A DNA stretch of 62,988 nucleotides, counting the filler, from Bonamia ostreae (Eukaryota): NCBI GenBank assembly GCA_040357525.1. It is 22 parts of 22 records of this genome, joined end to end, with 100 filler letters (N's around TTAATTAATTAA, not from the genome) between each part and the next. Parts side by side here need not be neighbours in the genome. Positions count along the whole stretch, not along the records: positions 37,465 to 40,226 come from JBDODL010000705.1; positions 40,327 to 43,086 come from JBDODL010000706.1; positions 43,187 to 45,946 come from JBDODL010000707.1; positions 46,047 to 48,802 come from JBDODL010000708.1; positions 48,903 to 51,650 come from JBDODL010000709.1; 17 more parts are not named here. The stretch is one strand, 5' to 3'. The translations under genes were made by a program, and so were the position numbers. Shown here one piece after another: positions 38,243-51,750 of this stretch. Under the pieces are notes generated by a model, which had not been told where the DNA came from, did no database searches, and saw only the letters and a program-made list of their open reading frames with translations. Position 1 is the first letter of the stretch. The number at the start of each line of letters is the position of its first letter.

Positions 38243-39070
38243 TTAAGCCATTTTTTCAAACAAATTCTTTACTTTCGAAATTTTGTCTTCGGTTTCTTCG
38301 ATTTTTTCTTTCAACTTTAGAACCGTCTTGATCTTGCGTTGGCAATCGAATCCAAAATTCTGATAACATTTGTGCAACCCGTTTATAAATTTGTCGAAGG
38401 AACTTGTCATTTCCTTCTTGACAAAATCGTCCATTTTGTTCATCATAGCTGAAATGTCGTTCATTTTTAATTGGGAAAAATCCAAAATTTTTTCCGCTGA
38501 ACAAATTTTGCCCGTTTTAAATTCTCTTTTGGCGACGATAGTTTTGTTCATTGCCTTTCTCTTCAAATTTGTCTTTTTCACAAATTTTGTCGAGTTTTCT
38601 ATTTTTTGACCACTTTTCTCTTTTGAACGATCATTTTCTTTTGCTACAATATCCTTTCTGTTTATTGATGTATCTTTGTTTTTTGTGCTGCAATCGTCTT
38701 TTTTTATTTTGGCCTTTATGTTTTTGTCGATTTCTCCAACTTCAAAATCTTCATTATTGCTTATATCTTTTTGTTCGTTCAATGTCTGAAGAGCAGCGAA
38801 ATCGCGAGGATCGGCTTCGCTTTCAGAAAACAATTGGGAAACAAATTTTTCTTGCTCGGAATTGATATTTTTAAATTTCGGTTTCTGGAAGATTTTTTCG
38901 TTGTTCTTTTCGTTCAAAATTTTGTCGATTTCGGTCATCTCAGAGGAATTCGCATCTTTTATTTCAGCTTCGACTTCCGCTTTGTCGAAATCGAAGTCGA
39001 AATTTGAATTGGAAGAGCCAAAATCAAAATCGACTGTTTTTTCAAAATTGAAATCTGAAACTTTATCACT
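38243..39070 (-). CDS. Hypothetical Lys/Glu-rich protein with C-terminal coiled coil
   Basis: 231-aa ORF, open further upstream; start uncertain. Confidence 0.55.
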   Translation of the reverse strand, partial: SDKVSDFNFEKTVDFDFGSSNSNFDFDFDKAEVEAEIKDANSSEMTEIDKILNEKNNEKIFQKPKFKNINSEQEKFVSQLFSESEADPRDFAALQTLNEQKDISNNEDFEVGEIDKNIKAKIKKDDCSTKNKDTSINRKDIVAKENDRSKEKSGQKIENSTKFVKKTNLKRKAMNKTIVAKREFKTGKICSAEKILDFSQLKMNDISAMMNKMDDFVKKEMTSSFDKFINGLHKCYQNFGFDCQRKIKTVLKLKEKIEETEDKISKVKNLFEKMA

Positions 39071-39470
39071 ATTTTATCAAACTGCAAATTTTCCCGTCAA
39101 AAAATTGTAAAAAAATAAAGTGCAAAATGGCACTAAAATAAATTGAAAATTGCTAAATAGTTTAAACGTTTCAAGTTTTCGCTTTTGTTGTCTTCGAGTG
39201 TAGAGGGAATATCTATTTTAAGCAATGAAAACCAAAATCTTCAGGCATAAAAATCGCTTATTTTTTGCTAAAATTGCTGTTTTTACTAAATTTGTGTACT
39301 GAAATTCATAATCTAAAAATAATAATTTAAACTATTTTAAAAATAATTTAAAATTGCAAAAAATTTGAAAAAATAAGTTTGAACTGCAAATTAAAATAAT
39401 CAACAAAAATTTAACAGCAAAAATAAAAACGAAATATGATTTACTGTAATCAGGTAACAGCAGACAACAT

Positions 39471-39947
<477 letters not shown>

Positions 39948-40541
39948 TCATCATTTTCTCTTTTTTTTGATAAGAAGCTTCTCACTTTATCTGATTTTAT
40001 TGTGACGATAATTCTGATTTGTTTAAAATTGTTCGATGATGGCAAAATAATTAATTTTATCAATATTGAAAAACGGTCCAAATTGGGTATTTTCAACTTT
40101 TAAATTGAAAAAAACTACAAATCGCTTAAACTGTACAAAATTGCTCTATTTTTTGGTTAAATAAAATAATGAATAAAAACATAATAATCTACAAAACGTA
40201 AGAGATCTTTCAAAGTTAAAAAATTCNNNNNNNNNNNNNNNNNNNNNNNNNNNNNNNNNNNNNNNNNNNNTTAATTAATTAANNNNNNNNNNNNNNNNNN
40301 NNNNNNNNNNNNNNNNNNNNNNNNNNTAGAATAGTTTCCTATGGCGGAAGTCAAACAAATGGGTCTGAACTTTTCAAATTTAACATTTTATTAAACACAT
40401 TCTTTATTTTTTGCATTTAAATTCAAAAATCGTCTACGCAGAAAATTACTGTTTATTGTTACTTTCGAATAGATACAACGCGTTAGAAATTCAAAATATA
40501 CAACAATCAACAAATTATGCCATAAGTCAAATCAGATAAAT

Positions 40542-42233
40542 TTATTCTCCCGAAAGCTGTTCTCGTTCATAAATTTCACTCGCCCAAACATTCTCGCGAG
40601 CTTCAAAATCCCCCAAAGAAGACTCCGTTTTCTTAAAAAACTCAGCAACAGCAACTTTGAACAATGTAATTTCCTTATCCGCTTCATTCAACAATTCTTT
40701 TTCTCGCGCGCGCGCCTCTGCAATGCGCTTTTCTGTCGCAGCAATTTTGCTACGGATTTGTTCGACGCGCTGATCTTCCTCCGCCTTGGTTTTTTGGGCC
40801 GAGAGCTCTTTTTTATGCACTGAATCGAGTGCTGAAATCATTTCTTTTCTCTTTTGCTCGATTTCGCCTTGCAAATCGGTTTCTCTCTGTTTTTGGAATT
40901 CCTGAGAGCCCACCAAAGCGTTCTTATTTTCTTCGACAGTGTTTATTTTATGTTTCGTTTCACTTTTTTTATTGCAAAAAATTGCTAAAATCTGATTACA
41001 AATTTAGCCAAATTTCCCAATTTGGTTAAAATTAAGAAAATCTAATTTTTAAATTTTGAAACTTGATTTTGAAATCAATTTTCTTTAATTTCTTTTTAAG
41101 ACTTTTTATCGTCTTTAAATCAGATTCAATTTTGTTGCATTCCGCAATACGCGAATTTATTTTCTAAAGATTTAGCAATGGAAACATTCATCAACTTGTC
41201 TGCCATTCTTTCATATTCTAAACATTTTTTCAATTTTCGGTCGTTCATTTCTACCGTCTTTTTCGTCACATCGATTTTGCTCTTCAAATCACTCAATTTC
41301 TAAATTTTTGTAAACGTTTTTAAAACAAATTTGATTTTTTCCGGCGAACTGACAATTTGCTGTTCCAATTTAGCTAAGCGTTTTTTCTTTTCATGCAAAA
41401 CATTTTTGTTTTCTTTGAAATTTTGTTTATTCGTCAAGTATTTCTTTTTTCGCACTTCTTCGATTTTATCAAATTTTAAGAGCTCTTTTTGAAAGCTCTT
41501 TATTTCCATTTCATTTTTAGTAATATCTTCTTCTAATGTCTTTATTTCCCCTTCGTCGTTTTCCAATGTTTTACTTTTTAAAAATTTTTGAAATCGTAAA
41601 ATTTAAAGTTTTTCTTCGTCGTTTTCGCAATTAAAATTTAGCTTTTGAAAAAGTAACATTAGTTTTTGTTTATCGTTTTCTAATAAATTTCGTCTGTTTT
41701 TAGCTTCTTCCAGCGATTTTGAAATCTCGAAAGTTTCCGATTCGCACTGTAAACTAAAATCTTTAAGAGCGTTTGTGAATTTGAGCAGGTTCAGCAACCC
41801 ACTTAAAACCATAATCACTCTTCTTTTCGACGGTTTAGCGATATCCTTGATTTCGTCAAAGTCTTCAATTCCCGAATAGAGTATTATTTTCGGGCTAAAT
41901 TGTATAAAATTAAACAAAATTAGTGAGAACGCCCGATATGGAACGGAATGCTCATGCAATTCCGGGTTGGTAAAATCGTCTGTTGTGACGATGTTGTTGC
42001 CGAAGACGTCTTCAAAACTGCAATTTAGAAGACGGAGAATAATTTGCTGATAAGTATCCTAATTTTAAATTTAGCAATTTAATTTGAAATGGTTGCGGTT
42101 AAAAATGTGCCCTGGTGTTTTGAGAAGTTGGTTTTCTTAGAATGGCGGTTGTGTCGATAGAAAGACTGTTGTACGTTTCAATTAATTGATTCTCAGGCAA
42201 TATCGGGAAACTTAAGTTCTTTTTAAAGGGCAT
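40542..42233 (-). CDS. NUF2: Kinetochore protein NUF2
   Basis: N-terminal FPIL, DF..KDIAKPSKRR...LSGLLN..KF CH-domain motif, long coiled coil. Confidence 0.75.
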
Positions 42234-42689
42234 AATTTGGCTTTTTAATTATTGCTGTTATTTAGCCAGATTGGTAAAATTTATATGATTCTGATCAAAG
42301 GCCGAATAGCTAATTTATTGCTAATTTATATACATTTAACAGCGATTAGTAAATAAATTTATATCAGAAATCTAAATTTATTTAGCGCAATAAATTAAAG
42401 CAACTTCCACTAAATCGAATGGTTAAAATGGTTAAAATGCTAAAATGACATATCTTAAAAACGAAGAGATTTGATCAAATACGAAAAAGAGAGATTTGAT
42501 TAAATCTTTGTTGACTAAAAATGTAGCACTAAATTTTAGATGTGATTTCGATCACTAAAATAAAATGTCAAGAAATGTTTGGAAGAATATCCGAACAAAA
42601 ATAACAACAATCCGAAAATCCTAAATAGTTATAAAGCTTCATAAATAAACAAATGCCATATAATAATATCTCCTCATTTTAGACAGGAA

Positions 42690-43049
42690 ATGTATCACAA
42701 ACGCAAACCGAAAAAGCCCAAACAAGTTTTAAAATTAACACAAATAAATTTTTAGCCGCCAAAAAATTGGGCTTGCTTCATGGACAACCTCAACAGAATA
42801 TATTACCACAACCCGACAAACCAAGTTTTCCAATTTAGTACAATTTAGGAAACCTTTATGCAAACGATGCAAGGAATGCTCAACGTGAACGGCCCCTGGC
42901 GACAATTCAAAAATGAACACGGGAAAGTCTTTTACAAAAATAATTTTACCAAACTTGTCCAATGGGCAAAGCCTGACGGATTTGTTGATATCCACAGTCT
43001 TATCGAAGGTTTTTTTGTCAATATAAAGATTTTTGGCAATTCTTTTTAA
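42690..43049 (+). CDS. Tandem WW-domain protein (PRP40-like N-terminus), partial
   Basis: W....D...RIYYHN and W.QFKNEHGKVFYKN..TK..QWAKP. Confidence 0.7.
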
Positions 43050-43186
43050 ATTTTTACGGTGAAATAAAATTGTTAACTAAAAAATCNNNNNNNNNNNNNN
43101 NNNNNNNNNNNNNNNNNNNNNNNNNNNNNNTTAATTAATTAANNNNNNNNNNNNNNNNNNNNNNNNNNNNNNNNNNNNNNNNNNNN

Positions 43187-45451
43187 TTTGACAACAAAAT
43201 TAAATTTCAAACAAATCATTTTTAAATATCAGAAAAAGCTCGACTTCCGAATTTATAAAAAAAGCTTTCACTTATTTAAATCTCCAAATAACAGAAATTA
43301 AAATCGACAAAAGTAAAATAATCCACGGATTGTTGCGTGCTCCAAAATCTGATCAAAAAGAGAGTATTTTAATCGTTTTCAAATACGACGAAAACAAATC
43401 AAAATGTGTTTCAGAAATAACATTTTCTGCTTCTTCTTTGATTTTAAATTTGATTCAACACATTTCAAGTTTTAAAATTTTTTGACAATTCTTCGTTACA
43501 AAAATTTGTTTGTTCAAAGGACAAAAATGGATGAGCAAAGATCTTTTATTTGTTGCGATACCAAAATTGAACTCGGTCAAAGAAGAAACCATTTTAACGA
43601 GAAAATGGATAAACAAATATTATTCAAAAACAAATTTGACCGAACAAAGTTCAATTTTTTATTTTTAGACAAAAATATTTTTAAAAAAGGCGGGAAAATT
43701 TTGGCAGCTTTAGTTCTTGATATTCCGTGCACTTTCGAACCTCGATCTTTTCATCTTTTAACCGGTTTTTTCAATACCAAAAATTAAATCTCTAAAAGCT
43801 AAATTTTAAAAAAGCTAAATTTTAAAAAACTAAATTTTGATTTGATAAAAAGGAAGTAAATTAGGAACATTACCGAATATGGACATTTTTTCTTTTATCT
43901 CAAAACATTTTCGACTTCGCGATATTCCGCTGGCGACTTTTGAAACAATAAATTTCTTCGAAAGCGATTCATTTTTGACGAATTTTTATAATTTTGTTTT
44001 CGAAAAATCGAATTGGAAAATAAAAGATATTTTTGACAATTTTTGGAATATGTTGAAATTTGTCATTTATCAAGCCGGATCTTTCGATAAGCTTAATGAT
44101 GTTGATAGCGCGTTGTTGGAGTTTTTTATAATTTTTTGTAATTTTAAACATTTTTAGAAAAGGGATAGATTCCGTGACATTGAAATCGTTGCCACTAAAA
44201 ACGAAGACAATCAATTTTTTGAACGACAAAAATTCTAAACGACGTCATTTATTCAAGTTTTTTAAACAAATTTCGAAGTAAAAAAGCAATTTTAAAAATT
44301 TCGAACAAAATTAAAAATTAAAATTTTATAAATTTTGAACAAAAAAAAAGCAATTTCAAAAATTTCGAACAAAATTAAAATTTTATAAATTTTGAAAAAA
44401 ATTAAAAAAAAAGCAATTTTAAAAATTTCGAACAAAATTAAAATTTTATAAATTTGGAACAAAAAAAAAAGCAATTTCAAAAATTTTCGAACAAAATTAA
44501 AAAAAAAAGCAATTTTAAAAATTGCGAACAAAATTAAAAAAAAGCAATTTTAAAAAATTAGAACAAAATTAAAAAAATTTTTAAATTTCGAACAAAAAAT
44601 TGAAAAATCAATTTTAACAAATGATTAAAATTAAGCGTTCTGTTAAATTTCGTCCGCTCATTCAGCAACGTTCACGAAAAATTGCACCATTCTCTTTACA
44701 TGTACATCGTCTTATCTCCTTTCAAAATAATTCGCTTTTCTCTTTCCGAATTTTCACTTTTGTTCTTTCTTTTCCCAAATTTCATCTTTATCGTTGAAAC
44801 TTATTTGGAAAGAAAAAGTTCTCCCGAAAACGCCACAAATTTCTATCTCTTTTTTAATATTATTTTTTGCTGCATTTTGATGTGGTTACTTCCTTTTATT
44901 TTTCACCCGATTTCTTTGAATGTTTTTATCCAAATTTGAAAATTTTTAAATTAGACAAATTTGATCATCGCTGTCAATTTTGCTCTTCTTTTAATTTGTT
45001 TTTATGTTTGTTACAAGATCTTTTCTAAAAAAGGTTTACTTAAATAAATTCAGTGAATTTGGATGTTACCAATTCGCTGTTTACGTTATTTTTTACACTC
45101 AATGTCATCTGTCTCAGTTATATAAATTTTTCACTTGCTTTAGTCAATTCAATTGCAATAACGCCTTTTTTAAGCATTTCAAGAACAAAAACGAGCACTT
45201 GTAAAAAATTTGTTCTTTTTGTCTATTTATTTTTCTTGTCAAATTTCTTTTTCGGAGTGCTTTATTCGGTTTCAAACGAAAAAAGCCAGTTTGGAAAAAT
45301 GTGGGAGGATTTGTTGAAAGGATATTTGGATGTTACTACTTTTAGAAATATCAATTACTTTTGCTTTTTTGTACACTTCTTTCCGTCTTTGTTTCTTCTA
45401 CTTTTTCGGATAAATTTTCGATGTAAATTTGGGAAAGATAAAAAAGATTAA
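43187..45451 (+). CDS. GPAA1: GPI transamidase subunit GAA1/GPAA1 (5' partial)
   Basis: GLLRAPKSDQKES, G.LPNMD, RSFSNVHEKLHHSLYMY, multi-TM C-terminus. Confidence 0.85.
44275..44600. repeat. Intronic degenerate minisatellite
   Basis: Repeated AAAAAAGCAATTTTAAAAATTTCGAACAAAATT in intron 44257-44635. Confidence 0.85.
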
Positions 45452-45728
45452 ATAATTTGATTTTTTTATTTAATAAAAAGTGTTCAAAAACTTCAAAATT
45501 TAAAAATAATTTGTTCAAAAATCTGTTTTACAATCGCAAAAACAATATTTAAAATATTTTTGAAAATGGATAAAATAAAAATGGTCGAACTTTAAATTTG
45601 AAGACGGAAAACAAAATTGCAAATCGAAATTAAAAATTTTGTTAAAAAAAAGATAAAATTGTTTAAAAGTGTTCATAAAAATCGTGAAATCAATTTTATA
45701 TTAAAAAAATCACGAAATTAATCAATTA

Positions 45729-45946
45729 ATGTTGGAATCCTTTTTGCTGCTTATTTTGGTAGTTAACATTAAATCAGAGCAATGTCAATTGCCAGAAAAA
45801 ACTCAATTTTACAGTTTCAAAAAAACAGACGAAAAAAACATTTTTGTAACAACACACTGCAAATTTAGTGGAAATCCCGTTATGAACGCCTTAGAAAAAG
45901 TTGAAACAGAATTTTATTTGTATTGCGATGAAGCCAATAGTTCATT
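45729..45946 (+). CDS. Putative secreted Cys-containing protein (3' partial)
   Basis: Signal-peptide-like MLESFLLLILVVNIKS followed by C.LP. Confidence 0.5.
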
Positions 45947-46046
45947 NNNNNNNNNNNNNNNNNNNNNNNNNNNNNNNNNNNNNNNNNNNNTTAATTAATT
46001 AANNNNNNNNNNNNNNNNNNNNNNNNNNNNNNNNNNNNNNNNNNNN

Positions 46047-48454
46047 GACAACAACAACTAAAAAGTACTTTAAACAAAATGAGGCACAAACAAAAATCGA
46101 CAACAACAACTAAAAAGTACTTGAAACAATATAAAAAATTAAAGCACCGAGCGTCACGGGAAACATCTGCTGAACCGTGATAACATTTAGAGCAACAAGT
46201 GGTACCAAAGATGAAGTAGTTATCGAAGACGATTGGATTATAATCGTTATTACACAACCGACTAACATTCCGACAACCACATTTTTGAGCAAAGCTCTTT
46301 TTATCCAATTCGAAGTTTGTTTTTTCAAAGCGAATGACATCAATTTGGTCAAAGCGAACAAAGAACTAATTATCAAAATCAAAGAGATCGCAATGGCGAT
46401 TCCGGCCGAAGCAGAATCACTGATTTTGGAGCTCTTCAAGATGCCACTTTCAATCAAACTTTTGAAGTAATAGGAACAGCGAGGACATTTTGAGATTGGA
46501 ATGTTCGATTGAGAAGGATCGAAGTCGGAGGGACAGAGTTTGGAAGCGCAGTTTGCAATGCATCTTTGGAAGAAATTTGACTGATCCAAGTTTGTTCCTT
46601 CGATGTTGGCCAGTTTCAATAGACATTTATTGATCTTTTGGAAATTTATTGAAACAAGTACTTCTTTCAAAAATTGTTTTTAAATNNNNNNNNNNNNNNN
46701 NNNNNNNNNNNNNNNNNNNNNNNNNNNNNNNNNNNNNNNNNNNNNNNNNNNNNNNNNNNNNNNNNNNNNNNNNNNNNNNNNNNNNAATTTTCGAAAATAA
46801 ATATTTTATCGCATTGAAACAAGTACTTCTTTCAAAAATTGTTTTTAAATAATTTTCGAAAATAAATATTTTATCGCATTGAAACAAGTACTTCTTTCAA
46901 AAATTTTTTTTAAATAATTTTCGAAAATAAATATTTTATCGCATTGAAACAAGTACTTCATTCCAAAATAAATATTTTATCGCATTGAAACCTTCAAAAA
47001 TGAATTAACATAAGGTTCAGTCATGTGTTTTATAAAGTTCAGCTTTTTGGTAGTGTCGGAGTTGCTGTTTTTGGGGAGTGGCATGACAAGATAATACGAC
47101 AAAAGCTCCATCCACCCTTTCCCGTCGTAAATCGGAATCATTTGCGTCGGCAGAAAAATGAGCACGAGGAAAATGTTGAAGAAGTCGTGCACCGTGGCGC
47201 CTTGCATCGCGCGCCTGAATTGCGTCGCCTAAATTTTCATTATCGTTTGATGTAAACGCCAAACATCGTTGATGTGTCCCAAAGACACCAAGGTGTTGGT
47301 GACAGACGTTCCGACATTGGCGCCCATTATAATCGGAATCGCATATTTGACGGTTAAAACGTTCGAAGCCACTAAAGCGACCGTCAAACTAGTCGTCGTC
47401 GACGAAGACTGGAAAATTACTGTCGCGATAATGCCGATGCTCAGCCCTTCCCAAAATATCGATTAATTTGCTCATTTGCAAATTGCTATTTATTTGTCAT
47501 CGAACCATTTATTTTTGTTCGTCGAGCTTAACGGTCTTTAGACCCTGAAAGCCCAACATTTATTTGTCATTGAGCCATTTATTTTTGCTCGTTGAGCTCT
47601 TAACGGTCTTTAGACCCTGAAAGCCCGACAATTATTTGTCATCGAACCATTTATTTTTGTTCATTGAGCTTAACGGTCTTTAGACCCTGAAAGCCCAACA
47701 TTTGTTTGTCGTTGAGCCATTTATTTTTGCTCGTTGAGCTTAACGGTCTTTAGACCCTGAAAGTCCGACATTTATTTGTTGTTGAGCCATTTATTTTTGT
47801 TCATTGAGCTTAACGGTCTTTAGACCCTGAAAGCCCAACATTTGTTTGTCGTTGAGCCATTTATTTTTGCTCGTTGAGCTTAACGGTCTTTAGACCCTGA
47901 AAGTCCGACATTTATTTGTTGTTGAGCCATTTATTTTTGTTCATTGAGCTTAACGGTCTTTAGACCCTGAAAGCCCACTACTTAAAGACTTTATAAGACG
48001 TACCCACAAAGAAGCGTTTTAAGGCGATCAAATGTGATCAATTTTATAGCATCAAATTCGAATATTAAGAATTTACATATATTTGTAAAGCTTAAAACTA
48101 AATGTTATTTTAATTCGCATAATGGTTGCATGTAAAATTTAAATGATTGCAAAAACCAGCCATTTCGTTATTAGCGAATTCGAATATGTTTCTGGTATGA
48201 TAACCAGAGATGATTTTGATGCCAGCGCTCATCATAGAAATGTTGGCGAAAAATAAAATCAGCAACAAGAAGAAAGCGATAGCGATTAAGGCCACTTTCC
48301 CAACTTTTCTAAGGCGCTCTTTGTGACTTAATTCTCGCCAAGTTTTCTCTTTTAGAAATTTGGCTTTTAAATCTTTTTCTCCCAAATTAATGAACGTAGA
48401 AGATTTGGACGTTTCTGATTTAAAAGACGCCATAATCGAGTTTCGGATTTCCAT
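46047..48454 (-). CDS. SLC34/NaPi-II sodium-phosphate cotransporter (3' partial)
   Basis: QSSSTTTS, PIIMGANVGTSVTNT, GATVHDFFN, second QSSSITTS, P.TLGA. Confidence 0.95.
46647..46991. repeat. Intronic ~65 nt tandem repeat beginning with the donor sequence
   Basis: GTTTCAATGCGATAAAA...GAAGTACTT units on the - strand; scaffold gap inside. Confidence 0.9.
47488..47977. repeat. 7 x 70 bp tandem array inside SLC34 intron 1 (47447-48156)
   Basis: GAGCTTAACGGTCTTTAGACCCTGAAAGYCC at 47524, 47594, 47666, 47736, 47806, 47876, 47946. Confidence 0.97.
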
Positions 48455-48902
48455 TTTTATATAATTGGATTAACGAATTTGTAACTGGAAATTGTTATCA
48501 GCGTTTACAATTTAAGCAAAATTAATATTTGAATTTTGTTAGTTTGAGCTACCCGGACTATTTCATGATATAAAGCTTATAAGATAATCAAATTATATTC
48601 AGAAAACTTAATCGAGGTTATTGACTAATTGCAATGTCGATATTGATCTTAAATCGTTTAAATTTACTAATTGCAAATTTCTCCATGTCAATCCACAAAA
48701 TTGCCCAAAATTGCCCAAAACTCGAATCGATTTTGACAATTTTTAGTCGATAAAAATTTTAATCTTTAATTATTATTTCGACGCTTCGTTTTCGAAGATA
48801 TGNNNNNNNNNNNNNNNNNNNNNNNNNNNNNNNNNNNNNNNNNNNNTTAATTAATTAANNNNNNNNNNNNNNNNNNNNNNNNNNNNNNNNNNNNNNNNNN
48901 NN

Positions 48903-49847
48903 CCGACATTATCGAGGCCACGGGGTCGATTCTAGAAACCACAGCCAACACATCGACGAAGCTGTTTTCGTCGGCCGACTCCAAATCGCGCAGCGCCGAA
49001 AAGTTGTAATTCTCCTTTCCGATCCGCCTGTCGTCCACGACGACTTGCACTACAGATTCCGCGTCCAAGGTTATTTCGTAGTCGTTCCGAATGTGCGTAA
49101 ACTTTTTGTTCGCCAGCTTCACTCTTCCTCTCGCGATGACATAAACTTTGTCCTCCGCGAAGACGTCTCCGAAGCGGTCGACCGCTTCGTTGAACATCGT
49201 CGCTCTGATCTCTGTCCCGGATTCGTCCAGCAGATCGACGCTCATCACTTTCCCGGAGCCGGTCGACTTTTGCCACATTCGCACCGGCGACACTGCGGTG
49301 CACCGCACGCGGACTGCCCACTTGCCCCTGTACGGATTGAGGGACTCCAACGGGACGATGGATTGCTCGAGGTCGCTCAGCACGTTCGGGTCGCCGTTGA
49401 GTGGTTTGAACTTTTTCGGTTCTGTTTTGGGCGCTTCGGTCGGTCTGTGCTTTCTCGTTTCCGCGTCGGGGCTGTAGTCGGCGTAACTGACCGAACTGCC
49501 GATTTCGCTGCCGATCGCTCCGTTGACCAGTTCGCCTTTGAGGGCGACGATGACTCTTTTGATAGGCGATAAAACTTTTTTCCGTTTTTGGCCGTGTTGA
49601 CTCTGAACTCGTCGAGGCGGACGATGGCGAAATTTTTGATTCGGCCGGTTTTGATGGCCAGTCCCAAGTTGTTGGTGCAAACGCCTTCCATGTGGTGGCG
49701 GCCATCGGAGAGGATGATGATGTAGCGCTCGGCAGAGGCCGAGCCACGTTTCGTCATGTTTTGGATGTGGATGATTTGGAGGAGAGGTTTTGTGGTCGTT
49801 TTGCCGTTAGAGATGTCTATTATTGCGTTTTTGCTGAGGTTGTCCAT
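48903..49847 (-). CDS. RPA1: Replication protein A 70 kDa subunit (3' partial)
   Basis: RY.IILSDG, SLNPYRGKW.VRVR, DLLDESGTEIRATMFN, ANKKF...NDYEI; 20-nt intron 49556-49575. Confidence 0.96.
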
Positions 49848-50279
49848 TATTTAAATTTAGCAGTTGAGTCTGGGATTGTATCGGTTTGTGGTAAGTTTTT
49901 TTAAGTTTTAGGTTTTGTTATATTTGGCGATGAGTGGTTTTTTGATTGCAGATTTTTAATTTTTTAATATCGAATATCGAGCAAAAAATTGTAATTTCGT
50001 TTTTGTCCTTTTGGTGTAAGTTGTTGACCGTAAGTTGTTGGAAACCTCTTTTTGCGTAAGTTGTTGTGCTATAAATGGAAGAAGGAATTCAGAAATGTAT
50101 AGAAAAAAGAATAAAATTGTTTAAAATTGTGACTAAAATCAGAAAGTTGCCGTTCGAAAATCATGTTCCAAAAATTGTGCTGAAACGTTCCAAAAATTTT
50201 TTAAGTAAAAATGATGTTTTCGAATCTGAAAATCATGTTGTTTATGGAATCGTTTTTAGTTATAAAAATTTTACAAAAA

Positions 50280-51160
50280 TCACAATTTTTTCAAATCTTC
50301 CCTTATTTCGTTAAAAATGTTCTTGGAAAATATTCTGCCAAATTTTAACACTTCTTTTGCAAAATAAGGCGCGATTATCAATTTATCCAGATCTTCTAGT
50401 TTTGAATCAAGAAATTTGTCTGTTTGCTCATAATTTTCACTCAAATCGGTCGTTTGATATATTTCTAAAATTTTATCAAATCTATTGGAACTTAAAAATT
50501 ACAAAATTGAAAAATTATCTTTAAACAACTTTTTTCAAAAAGATCTTTAAACCTGTTGAAGACGTAATTAAAGATAATGCCATTCTCTTAAAATACCACA
50601 TCAACTTTAAATGTAATATGAGCAAACATCAGTACTGTCGTCTCCGATGACATGCCAAAGGTCATCCGAGAATTTTTTTATGGCTGATTTTGTTGTTTCC
50701 AAATTATCCAATTTGGCTCCGATCAACATCGCCTTTGTTATTGAATAACTAAAAATCCAACTTCTTGCCATCTGTGTGAATATGGCCTAAGTACTTTCAT
50801 TTTGGTCAATATTCCATATTTTAATATTTCTTTGGGACACAATTTCTTTAAAATTCAGAAAATGAAAATTCCAAATTTACAGATTTTAAGAGTTTTTAGT
50901 TAAAAATAATTTCTGAATAAAAAAATTTGTATTTGCGAAAATACTTTTTGGTTTTTGAGAATTTTGTCGATAGCGATGTCATGGGATTTTATTGTCAAAT
51001 AATTAATAACATCAAATACACCATTTTTTAGTATTTGTGATGTCACATCCGGAAATCCCAAATCGTTCGCCGCTTTTACCAAAATACGATTTGTCCAACC
51101 TTCTTTGTGTACATACTTTAACGACTGTTTACAAATATTCAATTTTATTTTTTCAGACAT
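50280..51160 (-). CDS. COQ9: Ubiquinone biosynthesis protein COQ9
   Basis: L.YV..EGWT...L..AA.DLG, DDLWHVIGDDSTD..WYFKR. Confidence 0.85.
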
Positions 51161-51290
51161 TTTTAATATTTTACAATATCTTAAACTATTTAGACATAGA
51201 GCTTTACATTTATGGATTTTTGACTTATTTATTTAGCAATATAATGATAATGGTTGCTAATTTTGCATATTTAAAATAAATGAACAAGAT

Positions 51291-51650
51291 TTATTTTACA
51301 AAAAAATCTTGGATAGTAAAATCTTCCGCTTCTTCATTTTTTTCTTTCGTAAACTGGTAAATATTCAGTCCCAACATGAAGATATTCAATCCCGAAAATA
51401 TTGAAAATAAAATTACGGGATCTTAAATTTTCAGTGTTTTATATAAATGTTGTCAAAAAGATAAGTTTAATAAGAGATTAAATTAAGTTTTTTTTTAATT
51501 TAACAACAAAAAAATTAACTTGATCTCGTCAGCGAAAAGCATTGGGGATAATTATCCCACCCTTTTTCGGTACATTTTATCTTGATTGGATCAGAATAAT
51601 ATCCAGGTTTGCAATAAACGCGACATTCCGCCATTAAGAATCTGTTTGAG
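51291..51650 (-). CDS. C-terminus of a Sushi/CCP-like type I membrane protein (5' partial)
   Basis: CRVYCKPGYYSDPIKIKCTEKGWDNYPQC followed by a TM helix. Confidence 0.65.
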
Positions 51651-51750
51651 NNNNNNNNNNNNNNNNNNNNNNNNNNNNNNNNNNNNNNNNNNNNTTAATT
51701 AATTAANNNNNNNNNNNNNNNNNNNNNNNNNNNNNNNNNNNNNNNNNNNN

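Noticed and set aside
47488-47977. CRISPR array
   Set aside because: Spacer-like parts are near-identical to each other, the locus is a eukaryotic intron, and there are no cas genes
48932-49747. Long alternative-frame and antisense ORFs over RPA1 (also 62183-62932 over the CSD gene)
   Set aside because: Shadow ORFs expected in GC-richer coding sequence; no recognisable motifs
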